A model generated the notes under the pieces. That model worked only from the letters and a program-made list of their open reading frames with translations. It did no database searches and was not told where the DNA came from. A stretch of 63,983 nt of DNA, the filler included, from Pelomyxa schiedti (lineage: Eukaryota > Protista > Evosea): the NCBI GenBank assembly GCA_020536535.1. It is 7 parts of 7 records of this genome, joined end to end, with 100 filler letters (N's around TTAATTAATTAA, not from the genome) between each part and the next. Parts side by side here need not be neighbours in the genome. Positions count along the whole stretch, not along the records: positions 1 to 19,152 come from JAHLWZ010001110.1; positions 19,253 to 31,111 come from JAHLWZ010001231.1; 5 more parts are not named here. The stretch is one strand, 5' to 3'. Below are positions 12,049 through 25,400 of the stretch, one piece after another (positions within the stretch are counted from its first letter, which is position 1; each line of letters begins with the position of its first letter). Made by a program: the position numbers and the translations under genes.

Positions 12049-12399
12049 TTAAGAGGAAGGAGAACTATCTTCTTGTCCCAGTATATAATAATAAAATGCT
12101 ACGGCTGCGCATGACACACAGCATGCCACACCTGTCATCATCCCTAGTACACTGACTTTGGGTCTATTTTCACCCCTGATATTAAGCTTCAGCCTTAGCC
12201 ATATGCATAGTAATGCTTGTACAGGCACCGAAACAGCAGCCCAGCCACATGATATATAAAGTAACAGGTTAGGGTCAGGTGATGCAACTATATCGGCATT
12301 GTGGGCCCAGTGTCCAGTAATGCAAACAATATCAAGAACAGCTCCTGAGATTGAGGCCATTATCCATGACAGGAGGAAAATCCTCACCTTTGGTTTCAT
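12049..12399 (-). CDS. Small hypothetical membrane protein (about 3 TM)
   Basis: 116-aa ATG-initiated ORF with three hydrophobic segments. Confidence 0.5.
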   Translation of the reverse strand: MKPKVRIFLLSWIMASISGAVLDIVCITGHWAHNADIVASPDPNLLLYISCGWAAVSVPVQALLCIWLRLKLNIRGENRPKVSVLGMMTGVACCVSCAAVAFYYYILGQEDSSPSS

Positions 12400-12650
12400 G
12401 TCCAGATCAGCATCAAGCTATGGTTATGTTATGAAAAATTTCTTCCAGTCTTTCACTTGTGTGGATTTTAATGTAACTGTCTTTTTTGTTCAGGCTTTTT
12501 TTGTTTTTTATTTGTAGTGCGCATGTGTGTTGAGATTTGTACCTTGGGTAGAGCCACAGTACCACTGTGACCCTTTAGAAAACGGATATTTTTAATCATG
12601 ATATAAATTGCAGGACAGCTTACAGAGCCGTAGATAAACTGTATTTACAG

Positions 12651-14116
12651 TTAGTTACTTGCTTGACCTTTTCCGAGAATTGTCATCCTTACTTGCAAAG
12701 CACTCCAAAAGCCCTTTGTAGGTAATAGGTGCAACCAACAGACCGTCATGAAGCTACCTCTGGATATGCAACTGATGCAGTATAGAACAGACACTATGAA
12801 CCCAACGAAGTTTTGTGTTGAGGCCATGAGAGACATGGCAAACACAGTTTCTGTGGTTGTGTGGTTAAGAAAAGTCGAGGGAGATGATTTGCAGAGGTAT
12901 GGTTTTTTCCACACTTGCCAGGAATGAGTTGTAGTTCAGTAAGAAGGGATATCTCACATATAAATGCAGAAATATAGACGCGGCAATGCATGGAAATATA
13001 GAAAAAGCTCCACTTAGTGCAGCTAATATCTTTGAATTGTAAGATTGTAATATTGGGGAGCAATCACACGTACTACGGAAATTATATTGACCGCCATTAG
13101 AATTTTCAAATAGAAATAATACTTGCTGTTATCCGTCGTACTCAGAGAGTGTATTGTGCGTGCAAGGGAGAAATCACTGTAGAAAGTTGGAATAGAGTTA
13201 GTTGTAGGAACACCAACCTGTCTATATACTGCTTTACTGTACATCTATTCGGGGCTGCAAATTTCACATTGGGTTTCAGGGAGGCCAGCAAATAGCACAC
13301 GGTGGAGAAGCCGGAGCGAGAGACCCCTAGATAATCCAAGTCACCGCCAGAGTAAGAATCCTCGTCAGTACTTCCTTGCACTTGGATAGGGAATGCCTTG
13401 TAGTAAGATACCACTTTTGAAGCACTGAAAGTTATATGAGAAGGTTCCTTGTACTTGTCCCAAGCCTCGCAAGCCACCTGGGCCGATACAAGTGTAACCG
13501 GCTCGCCCCTCTTCTTCCTTGCGTCCCTTTCCATCCCACTCTTTAACCCTCCCCCTCTATTTGGCATCATGTCCCGCCTGGGCCTGTCTTTCCCGTCGTT
13601 CTTCTTCCTTGTGCTTCCCTTGGCTCCTTCGCCCTTGCCTGGTGCCTCCTCCTCCTCCTCCTCCTCTTCGTGTTGTTGTATGTTGGGGTGGTGGTTGTCC
13701 CAGTCGTCGCTGCCCTTTGCCTTGCTGGCTCCCCCCCTGTTGTGTTGCCGTCGTGGTGGCGGCGGCCCACCATCGGGTAGCGACGACGAGGACGACGACG
13801 AGGAGGACAGGGGGTTGTCGTTGTACAGCGCGTCGAATATAACGTCGCAGTTATGCCGGAACTCGCGCGGCACCACGCCTTTACGCTCCTCCCCGCAGTC
13901 ACTCAACAGCGCCGACGACGTGCTAGATGTTGACGACGACGACGTGGTGGTAGTGGTGGTGGTGCAGGATGTGTCGGCACCACCCGCCGACGGTGACGCC
14001 GAGGAGGAGGAGGAGCACGACGAGGACGACCGCGTGGAGGACGTGGTGGTGTACGACCGGGAGCACACGGACCGCGTGGCCGGTGTGAACGACTCCAACT
14101 CGTAGTAAAGGTTCAT
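12651..14116 (-). CDS. Hypothetical protein with Ser/Thr/Glu low-complexity N-terminus; 3' exons uncertain
   Basis: 324-aa ORF 13142..14116 with ATG and a GC-rich 5' part. Downstream exons not resolved. Confidence 0.5.
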
Positions 14117-14224
14117 GACTGTGATTTATTTTTTTGCTTGTTCGTTGAAGCGTTCCGGATGATGGGAACTTTACTGTTCGCCGAAAATGTTTTCGTGGAG
14201 ACGAATGGTGAGAGGGTTGTTTGT

Positions 14225-17200
14225 TTATTGACACAGGGGAGCTTCGCATACACCTTGGCAGTACTGAGATATAGTCCCGTTGGTCAAGAACTGCCAAACT
14301 TGATCCTGCCCCTTGTCAACCCTGTGTTGTTTACCGATGTTAGTGGTGTCACACAATCAATGTGTGAGAAGCATACGTGCAGGGACAGAGGTGGGGGTTT
14401 GGGCTGGAACTAGGCGGGGGGCAGCTCGTGTCCGGCAGCGACTTCACGCCCTGGAACACCCATTCCACGAGCCACGAGGCGCCGGTAGGGGCGCTGGGGG
14501 CCGGCGGCGCCTGCGAGGGCAGGGGCCACACGGGGGCGGCCTCGGGGGCTATCAGGGTGCCGTTGAGCAGGCTGCGGGCGAGTATGTGCGTGGCGTAGTT
14601 GGTGACGACGGGGTCGTCGAGCGCGGCCTGGATGAGCACGGGCTTGGGCTCCCGGTTGAGGGACTCGAGCCAGCCGGCAACTTCCCCGGCATCCCACAAT
14701 GCCTGAATCGTTGTGAGGAATGTGGAATGTGGGATGGTGGAATGAAGATTGAGGATTGGAGAGTGTTGCGAGGAATGTGAGGGAATCGTTCCAGTGGAAG
14801 GAGGAGGGTAATTACCTGGTATAGTGATAGTAGTAATCTTACATCCCGTTGGGTATATACAGTAATTCTCAACAGAGCGTTGACGTACCGGAAGGTCAAA
14901 CTCCTTGGGAGTATGACCGCAAATGGAGTACCACCAACACTCATTGCGGCCCTGCCGAGCATATCAGACATCCCGAGATAGCCACCACCAACAATAGAGC
15001 CTTCTGATAGACCTGTCGGTTTCATGAGTTTTCATAAATCCAAAGGAGCTGTTACCATAGAACCCGTGCTTTGACGGGTCAATCAATCTGGTACCGGAAA
15101 CCTGCAAGAGTCATTAATTAATACTTTCAGAAAGCAGGAAAATGTAGTTGTTTGCAAACTTGTAGTTCTGGATCATTTACAACCTGAACTTGTAAGAGGT
15201 AATCTTTAGTTTAGAAATTCAAACCTGCAGAGTCATAAGTTTCAGCATCAAGTGGGCATTTATGAACGATTGCATTGTGCACTCGGGTATCGAGACAAAA
15301 TTTGACAGATCCCGCAGTAAGATGCGCGAAAGAACAAGTGTATCTAGACGAGAAAACCCATACCAGTCAACGGCAAAGGTAATCCACTTTTTACTGGTGA
15401 AATATAAATAATATTATCTGGGCAATGCAGAGATAATGTGAACCTACTTAAAAGATAAATTCCTCATCCAGGATTCTTGAATTTCAGATCTATCTTCTGT
15501 ACTTCAGTTAATAATAAGTATTGCCGGCACGAGATGGAGGCGCACCAAATAAACCGTGGCCAAACTGGAGGATAAATGCAGGTTCTGGAGCCAACCATAA
15601 CGAGCAAGGGATTTCAATGAGAAAACTCACTCTAAGTGTATCATCATCAAGCAATATCTGTTTAGCACCAGGCCGGGACAGAAGTAGGCCCCCTCTTTTC
15701 TGTGAGACGAATTTTGGGCCATCAAAGTGACCTGAGCGGGTATGGTATGAATACAAGAAAACAAACAAAAAGAGTGCATACCCCACAGAGATTTCGCCAC
15801 TCCCGGTTCACCAGGAGTGCACTCATGAGTTTCTATTTCGTCAAACGAATAACTGAGCCGGCCAGCCCAATTGGAATTAGCTTCTCCAAGCATAAGCTGC
15901 ACTCTTCCTAAACTGAATTCTTCACTTGCCTGAGGAGTAATATTTATCGACAATGCTTAAACATTTGGCAATGACGCTTACTGTAACGAAGTCCCACATC
16001 AACAAAACGTCATCCAACAGCCAGCCCTTGTCCTGCACATAAGGCCAAACATTTTTGGAAAGGTAACTCCAATCCTCCCCACTCTGATTCTTCAACACAG
16101 AGTCAAAATATGGTGCACGAAGAATGTATTTCCCATTTTTGTTCAGAAGCCATCTTATTCCAACAACATATCTGGAAGAACTTAGCTTTCAGAAGCTAAT
16201 TGAGGTATTTTCGGGTACCTTGTGGCGTGCTTCAGCACTTGGTCAGGTTGTATCAAGAGTAGAGGTGTCTTCTGGTCCATTGCATCCAATTCAACCCAAT
16301 GGGGCACAAGTGTATTGGTAGTGGTATCAATCAATACAGTCTTTGCTGTGGGCGATGTGTATGCGCTAAGGTTTGATAGACTGATGACACCATCCAATGA
16401 AGCTTCCTCAAAATAGCAGAGTATTGGGGCAGAGACACTGAACCCATCCAGCTCATTCAATTGTTCGGTGTTACCCACATGCTCACCCCACCTATCCCGT
16501 ACGCTGGCGTGCTTATTGATGTCGACACGCCAGCCAGTGACGGTGCTGCTATCATTTTTGAGGTAGAAGGTGCTCGGAAATGGAAGCATGCACATAGAGG
16601 GGTCATAGGGGTTGCAATTTTCGTAGCAGGACTCGGAAGAAGGATTGCAGTAATTGTAGTCCGACATCAATAGAGCCAATGGAACAATAACCAAGATGAG
16701 ACAGACAAGTATAAGTACACCAACTACTCCATCCAGAACGTATTTAAAGACATTCCAGCACGATTTGTGTGGGTGGTGGGAGTCCAGGTACTCCTTGCGC
16801 AGTTGCTTGCAATAACCTCTGCTTGCAATTGTACTCGCAGCAACGCAAAATAATCCAAGAGCCTAATTGAAAATTAACACAAAGAGAATGTATTTGAAGG
16901 AAGATAACCTGAATTCCAATGGCAAACCAGTTCATGATCATTGATAAGATGCACAAGACAAAAAACGAAAACCAATCGTCACATTTGTCTCCATTAGGTT
17001 CGATTGCAGTAAATATAAGAATATTTCTCACAAGAGCGACCCAAATTAATGAGACAAATATATCGATAACGTCAAACAGAGCAGCAAATATCATGACCGC
17101 GGCATGTGGAGGAATGAACTCAAATGGAAGAACTCGTGGTTTGAAGGGTGGAGATTTGTTAGGCCGTGTTGAAGACGTAGATAGAGAAAAAATAGCGAAG

Positions 17201-18723
17201 TTCGAAAGTAGGGTAATACACCCAAATACAAGGCACGGCAAGAGAATTATGCACCGATATGCCACTGCCCAGATGACACACATCAAAGAAAAGGTTTGAA
17301 GCACAGCTATAAAAGATCCAACGCCGTGTGCAATAGCCCAGGCAAGCCCAAAAGATTTGGCTCTCTTATTTTTGGAGAACTGTTGGATGGCCCTACTTCA
17401 GGGTTTGAAAAGATCCTTGGCTGGAAATACATACGGTCCTTTTTCATTCCCTGGAAGAAATGCTGAAGACAACTGCAGACCTCCAGCAGGTGGGGGATAA
17501 AATCCACTATGAGTACTTCCGGCAGCGCCAGGTTTTTTTGGGGCCGAAGCAGTTGCAGCAATAGAAGATGGAAGAAGAGGAGTGGACTCTTCGTTGGAAG
17601 AGGGAAGGGATTGGTCTGGACTTGTTGAATCCCGATATTCCACCGTTCCTGTACTAGAACTAGACTTGTGGTGGTGGCCGTGCCGCCGTGCCGTCATTTC
17701 CCGCTTTTTTGAAGGTTCAGGTGGCTCATACACAAAACCAGCGAGTTTTTGGGTGCCTTCACTGCTCAGCAACAAATACGCAGTTTGGTTTGGATCGAAT
17801 TGTTCTGCCATTCGCTGAACGTGAGCCTTACGTGCATCTTCAAGTGAATTCGCAGGTGACTTTTCCCTTTTATTTTGTGGTGGCAGCGTTATTTCATCTG
17901 TTTCAGCAGGAGGAATCCTAAACGATGGTGCCGGTGGTGCTAAAGAGAACCCAGGGTCCAGAGAATACTGCAGCTCCGCTGTCGAACTTACAACGTCGCC
18001 CTGATCTCTACCAAGTACCTCTGTATCTGAGCTCTGAATTTGCACGTCCCCATGGATTCTACCCAGAGGGGAGTGTATTCTAGCGCCCCCTGAGGGTGAT
18101 TCCGAGTCCACACTGTCAGATATCGGCCTGATTCGCACATCAGGCGGTGTGACAAAGAAGCTCTCTTTGAGCGAGGGAGGGGGTGGCTCAGGAACCAAGT
18201 TGGTCTTGGTACCACCTCCGCTTGATCCGCTTGATCCCGGCCCCAGTCCTGGGCCAACTACGCTCGCTTGGTTCCCATAATTGCTGATTGGTATAGTCGA
18301 TGAGGTGGGTGTTGGGCGCTGGGTCTTTTCTCTTGCCGAGGCTCTCTCGAACCAGTTGCCTGTGGTGGTGGTGTCGGTGGGGCCCGCAGTTGGCGATGAT
18401 GGGACGGAAATTGACTCGTCGGGGTGGCGGCCGGTTGTGGTATTAATGGACCCTGAGAGCTCCAGGGTGAGGCCGCTTGGTGCTGGAGCAGCCACTACAA
18501 CCACAACCGGTTCCTGTTTTCGTTCCTCGTCGTTTGTACTAATACAAGATGGCGATGTTGATGATGCCGATGCCGATGACGTTGGGTCTCCCTTTACGGT
18601 GTCGCTTCTGGTATCGTCGTCGGCGTCGTGGACTGCTGGGTCGCCAGTAACATTCGCCGGCGACGTATCGTCAGGCGAATCAGTTCCGGTGTCGCCTGCG
18701 CTCGCGTCACATTCGCCCGACAT
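14225..18723 (-). CDS. Fusion protein: disordered N-terminus + multi-pass TM domain + bacterial-type secreted lipase-like alpha/beta-hydrolase
   Basis: In-frame splices EKGP|AIQQFSKN and FAIGIQ|ALGLFCV..LVIVPLALL link ORFs 17398..18735, 16744..17304 and 16182..16694. Hydrolase motifs CMLPFPS..LNELDGFS..VPHWVELD, FGHGLFG, spliced G-L-S-E-G elbow, DPVV, NPH. Ends QVWQFLTNGTISQYCQGVCEAPLCQ*. Confidence 0.75.
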
Positions 18724-19152
18724 AGGTGGCAGCACTCCCCTGCTCTGCGCACCACCAATTAATCAGAGATGATCAAAAAAAAAAAAAAAAATCAATTCGC
18801 TAAAAATACGTTGTTAAAACAGCGGGAAATTCATTGTTGCCGGCCCAATTTTTTCAGGGTCTCCCACTTCTTTTCTGGGGCCGCTTTCACAGTGCGAGAT
18901 AGTTTTGATATCCACCAGCACAGAGACCCTTGATCACAGCAACACACTCCTGTTGTTACTGTTGTCCCTCATTTGATTGATCACAGCCACCCACCAATCA
19001 ATAATGCACCTTACGCTCCCTGCCGTCCCCAACACGAAGTACCTCGATGTGTTCACTGTGAGATTCTCCTTCTCGCGGTCCCCCTTCCTGCAGTCGGGCG
19101 CCAGTCGCGCGGCAGGCCCTCGGAACCACGAAAAGGGCGTCGGCGACATCAT

Positions 19153-19252
19153 NNNNNNNNNNNNNNNNNNNNNNNNNNNNNNNNNNNNNNNNNNNNTTAA
19201 TTAATTAANNNNNNNNNNNNNNNNNNNNNNNNNNNNNNNNNNNNNNNNNNNN
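19153..19252. other. Artificial contig linker (N-TTAATTAATTAA-N)
   Basis: Six-frame stop linker flanked by Ns. Equivalent linkers at 31112-31211, 45135-45234, 50149-50248, 57058-57157 and 60632-60731. Confidence 0.97.
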
Positions 19253-19441
19253 AATTTTCAGCCCGATGTCCTTCCTTGGATACAGAGGGTCTTCACTTTC
19301 TTCTCTTCATGAAATCAAAAAAATTTCTTCTATTTTATAATTTTGGGTGCCATAGGATTCCTTTGTTGCTTGAACTCCGAGTTTGAATCTTCCTGTTCGA
19401 TGCTCTTAGGGCAAACAAAGGGGGTCTATTGGAAACAAACC

Positions 19442-22400
19442 TTATGAGTCCTGCTCTATAAGTGCACAGATATCAGCCATTGTCAGGCGGTCCTCTTGTG
19501 TGAACTGCCAGCACTTGAGCATGATCCTTGAAGCCCATGCAGGGCACTCCCAGCCCAGCCCTGTCCACTTCCAAATGACTGTATCTGGTGATGTAAGCAA
19601 CTCGCGTGATTGTCTCTGCAGCACCCCCTGTGCATTGTTCCTAGCTTCTTCTTGGCTCATTTCCAGCACTGGTGTTGCCGATGCTGTTCCGGTTTTGCCG
19701 GTTGTTGGTGTTGTTGTTGCTGATGAGGAGGATGTAGAGGCTGTTGTTGCTAGGCCGGAGCAGACGGCCAGTGATTCGGGTGAAGCCGGTGGTAGTTGTG
19801 GTGATACTTGTCCCTCGATCAGGGCCTCTCGGACACTTGTAGTCTGCAGTTCTGTGATTCCGCCGGCAATGAGCTTGGTGAACCGCATGTCGTTCTTGAG
19901 GTGGTCGAACGGCTCGCTGAAGGGGTCCACGAACTTACGGCACAGCATGGCGAAGCTCCATACATCGGCTTTGGTTGACTGCTTCCGGCCCTTGAGCACT
20001 TCGGGAGCGAAGATGTCGAGACCTTCCCTTGCTTGGCCTTGTTGAACTCCGCTGCTCAGAAGCATATCTGTAAGCCCGAAATCGGCTATCTGTTTTTTTG
20101 TTAAGTACATGGAATTCGAGTGGTTTTTTGTTTTGTATTTTTGGGGCAGGGGAACTGTATATCAATATATTAATAAGTGAACCTTGGCCCAAGGTCCTAA
20201 CCCATTTAAATCGAGTGAGGCAACAAACACGTTCCCTGTGATTGAGTAATGAGTAAATCTAAAGTTTTTAGAGACCAGATCAACCTGAATGCAAATCACA
20301 ATGCATCAAAGGTGGGTTGTGGCTGTGTAAATGATTTAAGCCCCTAGCAGCATCTAGAAGAATCTTTTTCCTCAGCGCCATTGGTAAAACTGATTCTAAG
20401 ATTTCTCTTTTCATGACCAGCTTCTCTTCTTCTGACAGAGCAGGGGTATCCTTGACTGGGGCATTGATAGTTTTAGTGGAGGTTGGTTTTGCTTCAGCAG
20501 CTTTAGCCGCTTTAGCCGCTTCAGCAGCTTTTGCAGCTCTCTCAACAGCGTCTTCTATCTTTTTTGCAATTTCCTTTGTCAGGTGTCCCAAGTCGGGTGT
20601 CTTGAGTGTTTCTACGCCAAGAAATACATGCAATCCAACTGGGACAGAAGGTCTAACAAATTCCATGTAAAGACAAATTGGTGTCAGGCTGACTCCATAG
20701 AAACGGACCTTGAAAGTATTAAAGCGAGACAAAAAAGCAAGGGAACATACAATATTCTGGTGCGGTTCAAGAGAACTCATTACTGTTGCTTCATGTAAGA
20801 AGTCTGTTAAACTAGGTGGTTTGTTGCTGTGGTTAGACCCACCGCTACCACCACTGCCGCCTTTCCAAAGGGGTTCCTTCACTGCAACCATATTTCCTCT
20901 GTATTCTCCCCTCATCACTTTTCCAAAGCCGCCCTGCACACAACTGGGATCTTTTTCAAGTTTAGGAGATGCAGCAGCAGCAGCAATTTCTTCGGGAGTG
21001 AAGAAATCTGATCCCTGTCCAAAAACTCTGAATATTTTCACTTCCTGTCTGTTGATGAGAGGAAGATGAACCATGGCAACATCTGGTGCAGCCAACGCTA
21101 CTGTAGTAACAGCGGCACCAAATGGACATTTTAACTCGCCTCTATTCGAATTTATAGCATTGACGCAGTCAGGGAGCTCAAAGTAATACACATCCATAGC
21201 AGCACTCTCCGGAATATTATCGCTACTTCCTCCCAGTAATTCATGTAACAGCTGCGAAGTGTTACTTGTTTCAGTTGAAGCTCCTGCAGATGAGGTAGGA
21301 TTGTATGCGTTTGGTGTAGTCTTCTGTACCGGCAGTTGTTGTTCACATAGAAGCCGCTCGGGAGTCGAGAGCAGACAATGTGGACAGGCCACCCACTCAT
21401 TCATCTCATCCTTGAGGGTTGTGTAGCAATTTCCTACAAAACAGTTTACGGCACTCACTAACTGTGTGATGAGGGGCACGGGGATGGATGTCTGGGAAGC
21501 TGTGGAAGGGGTATTGGTAGATGCAAGAGATGTTGATTCAGCGAACATAATGTGATCCGCTTTTCCAGGGGGTGAAGACATCCAGACTTGAATGACTACA
21601 CTTACAGTTACATCGTTGTGAGTAATTAGGGCAGTGTGCTTGGCTGTGCCACACATAACACTAACAACAATGCCGGAGTCCCACATAGTATCACATTCAA
21701 TTAGTGGGATACCCATGATTCTCACAAGCAATCTACAAGTATTTAGGTGCAAGTTTCACCAGAGCTCTTTTTTTTACCTGGGGAAGAAGCCAACAGGAAG
21801 GAAATTGAACCGCAAGACCCGGCCAACAACCGCTTTTGGAGTAAAAGTCAGAGTAGGTACTCTGGGAGCATCCTCCAGTCTAGGACGTAGAAGACAAGGT
21901 ACAAGGTATTGCCTGTCTCTCCACGGATACATGATCTGATTAATTATGTTAGAAGGAAAACAGGTACTTGGAAATGAACCTCGAATGTGGTCAATAACTC
22001 CACCAAAGCTGGGTGCATTTTCTCTGAGAACTGGCTGAAGACTTGAGGTATTTTAGAGTGGTCAAGAATGCCGTTTGCTATCCACTTGTCACGACTTGTG
22101 ATGGATATGAGTGATTTCATCACTTCTGAAAGGAAGATAGGACTTAGAATAACTATGTCTGCTAAGCCCGGGTTAACTGCTGATGGAGAAGATGACACAG
22201 AGGCACTTATTGAATGAAGAGGAGTTGGGGTAGCAAGGTGCCGGAAATGTATAAGTGCACCAGCATCAGCAAGAAAATCTGCACACATCCTAAACTCTGC
22301 CGCGTGTATATCTCGTTCAAACTGGTCCTCTTCACTTGCGCCAATAATGCTTGACCCTCCGATTCCATATGTGAGCCCCAGTTTACAGAAGGCTGCCCAA

Positions 22401-25400
22401 GTGATGTACTTGTCCTGTTTGCTGTCTCTTTGCTCAAGATAGCTGTGGAATGCAACCCATCTGCAGGGAACATTTACAGCAGCGTTTTTGGCAACGACTT
22501 CTTTTTCCAAATACTCTGCCAATGCTGGGAGGCATCTCTCATGCTCCACCATTTCATTGGCTCTCCAGTTGTATCTCATACCTTTACCATTAGCTTGTGA
22601 AGTCGCAAATGTTGCGGCGAACTGAAAGCTTCTACCCACATTCAGTTGTATTTCCTCATTAATTTTGGCCAGAATGCGGCATGCTTGTTCAGGAGAGACG
22701 CTGTCATAGTGTGTTCCAAGTAAGATTACCTGGAAAAGGTTAAAACCCATAAGGGTATGAAGGTTTCGAACTTGTGTTGGAATCTGCAAGGATAGTGAAG
22801 ATGTCGTTAATGATAAGCTTGCGCCAGCCAATGGAGGACCTCTTTGGGAGGTCTTTATTTGCCGTGCCCAGTATTCAACCTGGAGAAGAGATAAAAAAAA
22901 AAAGAGCAATTATAAAACAAACTTTGTACCTTTTTGCTAACACGATGCCAATCTTCAACAGGTTTAATTTTCACACCACCTCCAAAAATGGGACAAGCCG
23001 TTTTAAGAAGTTCAAACCCAGTTGGAGGGGGAGAATCGAAGTTGATACAAGCGTGCTCAAGGTTGACCATCATTAGGAATATAGAGTTGGAGCCTTTGAA
23101 CAAAGAGCATTAAACAAAAGAATAATTGCTTGGCAGCATACTCCTATTAGAATGAAAAGTGAGAAAAAAATATTTACAAAGAAATAACACACAAGAAAAA
23201 TTGATGTGATGGGTACAGAATAGCCTGCCCACCTAAGAAAAAATTAGACAATAGCTTAGGTCATCAACTTACCCAAGTCCCAGGCTATCCATTCATTTTG
23301 ACTTGCAGGATCAATTTTGAATTTAGGGTGTACAACGATTCCGTCACTGGCAACATTATTGCGTTTCTTTTGAGGCTTCATTTTCTTCCCAGGTTTTGCA
23401 GCATATTTTCTGAGGTCACGGACCAGGGTTGTCTTCCCAGCATTTTCGTCACCAACAAACAGCAGTTTACGTTGATGCCACGGTTGGGGATTGTCATTAA
23501 GCTTGAGGAATTGTTGGAGTTCTTGCCAGGCCATATCCTTAAACCTGTTCTTCTTCAGCGATGCTTATGGTGGGAATGAGGCAAACCTTTGGGGAACAGC
23601 TGAAAGTGGATTTCCCTGTAGTGCCACTTGTGGCACAACATGTAGTACACTGGGTAGAAACTCCAGAGCATTTCCGCTTATATTTAGCTCTTTACACTCA
23701 AGTTCACTTGCAATGCGGGCTGGTAATTCATGCAACCCCAGTAATGACCAGTCAACTGAGGCAGAATGGAAGAAGTGTGCAAGGCAAACTTCCCCCATTG
23801 CTTCCCAATTGCGAAATCGAGCCCACCTGTTTAAAATGAATAATAAGATCAAACGGTGGGTGTTACCTTCTGGAGAGCTGAAGTGCAGCGGTTTTACACC
23901 TGCCGCAACTTGCTCCAAGTAGCTTCCCAACAAGTTCACGTGCGTCGCAGCGAATGAACCAATCAGCATTGATGGCACGTTTGCGTATAAGTATACAAAC
24001 TAATTTCTCTGCATCATCCCCAGATAGCTGTAGTACATAATTCACAAAGTATATGGTTTCACAGGAGGGAAATAAACTAGCACTGCCACAAACAGCTGAA
24101 GGAGGAATGTTGATTGGGGATGGAGGCAGGGAAGGTACAGGAGGATGAGATAATGCTGTGGTGGGTGTTGGTGAAGTTGAAACTGAAGCAGGCATGGTAT
24201 TTGCTCTCTTAAGTATGTCCCGTTTTTTCTTTTTAGTTGATGTGGGTAGCTCAATAGTGGGAGGAGGTGGAGCGGACGGGTGAGCGGCATGTGATGGAGC
24301 CAAAGGAAGTGGGCTGATGTGAGCTTGTGGTGCAGTTGTAACAGCAAAGTGCGATCGGTTTGAAAGAGCATGGTTTAAGATTATGTTTAGGTTTTGTGCA
24401 GAAACTGGTTTCATTGCAGTACACGCTCGCACAGCCTGGCGCCACATTTCACGGACTCTGGGTGTCCATGCATTTGGTTGTGGCTGTGTTACTTCGAACC
24501 TATTAAGCACTGCTGCAGCTTGTTTTCTATTCCTGTCCAATAGAGCGCCAATGGTTTTGTTGGTTTCTAGGGTGTGTGTTAGCCATTCCTTTAATGGAGC
24601 TTAATGCACCTGCAAATTTTATATCAGTAATAGTAAAGTTGACTGGGTTATCTGTCAGTAAAGACTGGATGTGTGTTACCCCAGCAGGACTGATACTATT
24701 CTCTGCCAAAGTCATCAGTGGTGGACTGTGAGTTTAATAAACCTGTGATATTCAAACAGGTCAGGGTGTCATTACGTCTTAAGCCTGATGTAAGGCCCTC
24801 AATGGCAGTACCACTGGACATACTATTATCTAAAAGTTTTATGAGTAAAATACCACAAGAGCACATTATTTACTTGCTAAAAATAAAGTCGTCAAGGAAT
24901 TGTTGTGCTCTAAAGAATGCCCAAGAGCTACAGCGCCTTCCTCGCCAATTTGATTTCCTGCATTTAACATGAATCTTGGCCAAAACAGGTAGGAGGCAAC
25001 TGTCAAGATTCAAGGCAGATACACTTGTATTGATCTGTAGGGCATCTGCAATACTTTTTGCTCCGGCATCTCCAATCTCGTTCCCTGTGAGAGTGAGCAA
25101 AGAAGGAAAGAGTCAAAGGGGTTTGTCACAGTTTAGATCAAGTGAAGCGAGAACATCGTTTTCCTTGAGAAATTGAGCCAAGTGGGCAGTTCCTTCAAAT
25201 CCAAAAGAATTTGCTGCCAAATGGTCACTTTCTCAATAAAACAGTAAGTGGTGATTACATGCTAAGTTTAATTCTGTTACTGATACATTTACTCTCATTG
25301 CCTCAGCAATGCATTTAGCCCCAAATGCATCAATATTGTTAACTTAGAGCACATTAGCACATAAGTACATTTCTGTTCTCCAAATACATACAAGATAAAT

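Noticed and set aside
18934-19152. Short coding-like stretch at a contig edge
   Set aside because: Probably the 3' end of a minus-strand gene, but the frame and product cannot be determined.
19153-19252. Recurrent TTAATTAATTAA palindrome inside N runs (six copies)
   Set aside because: Artificial contig-joining linker. Adjacency across these linkers has no biological meaning.
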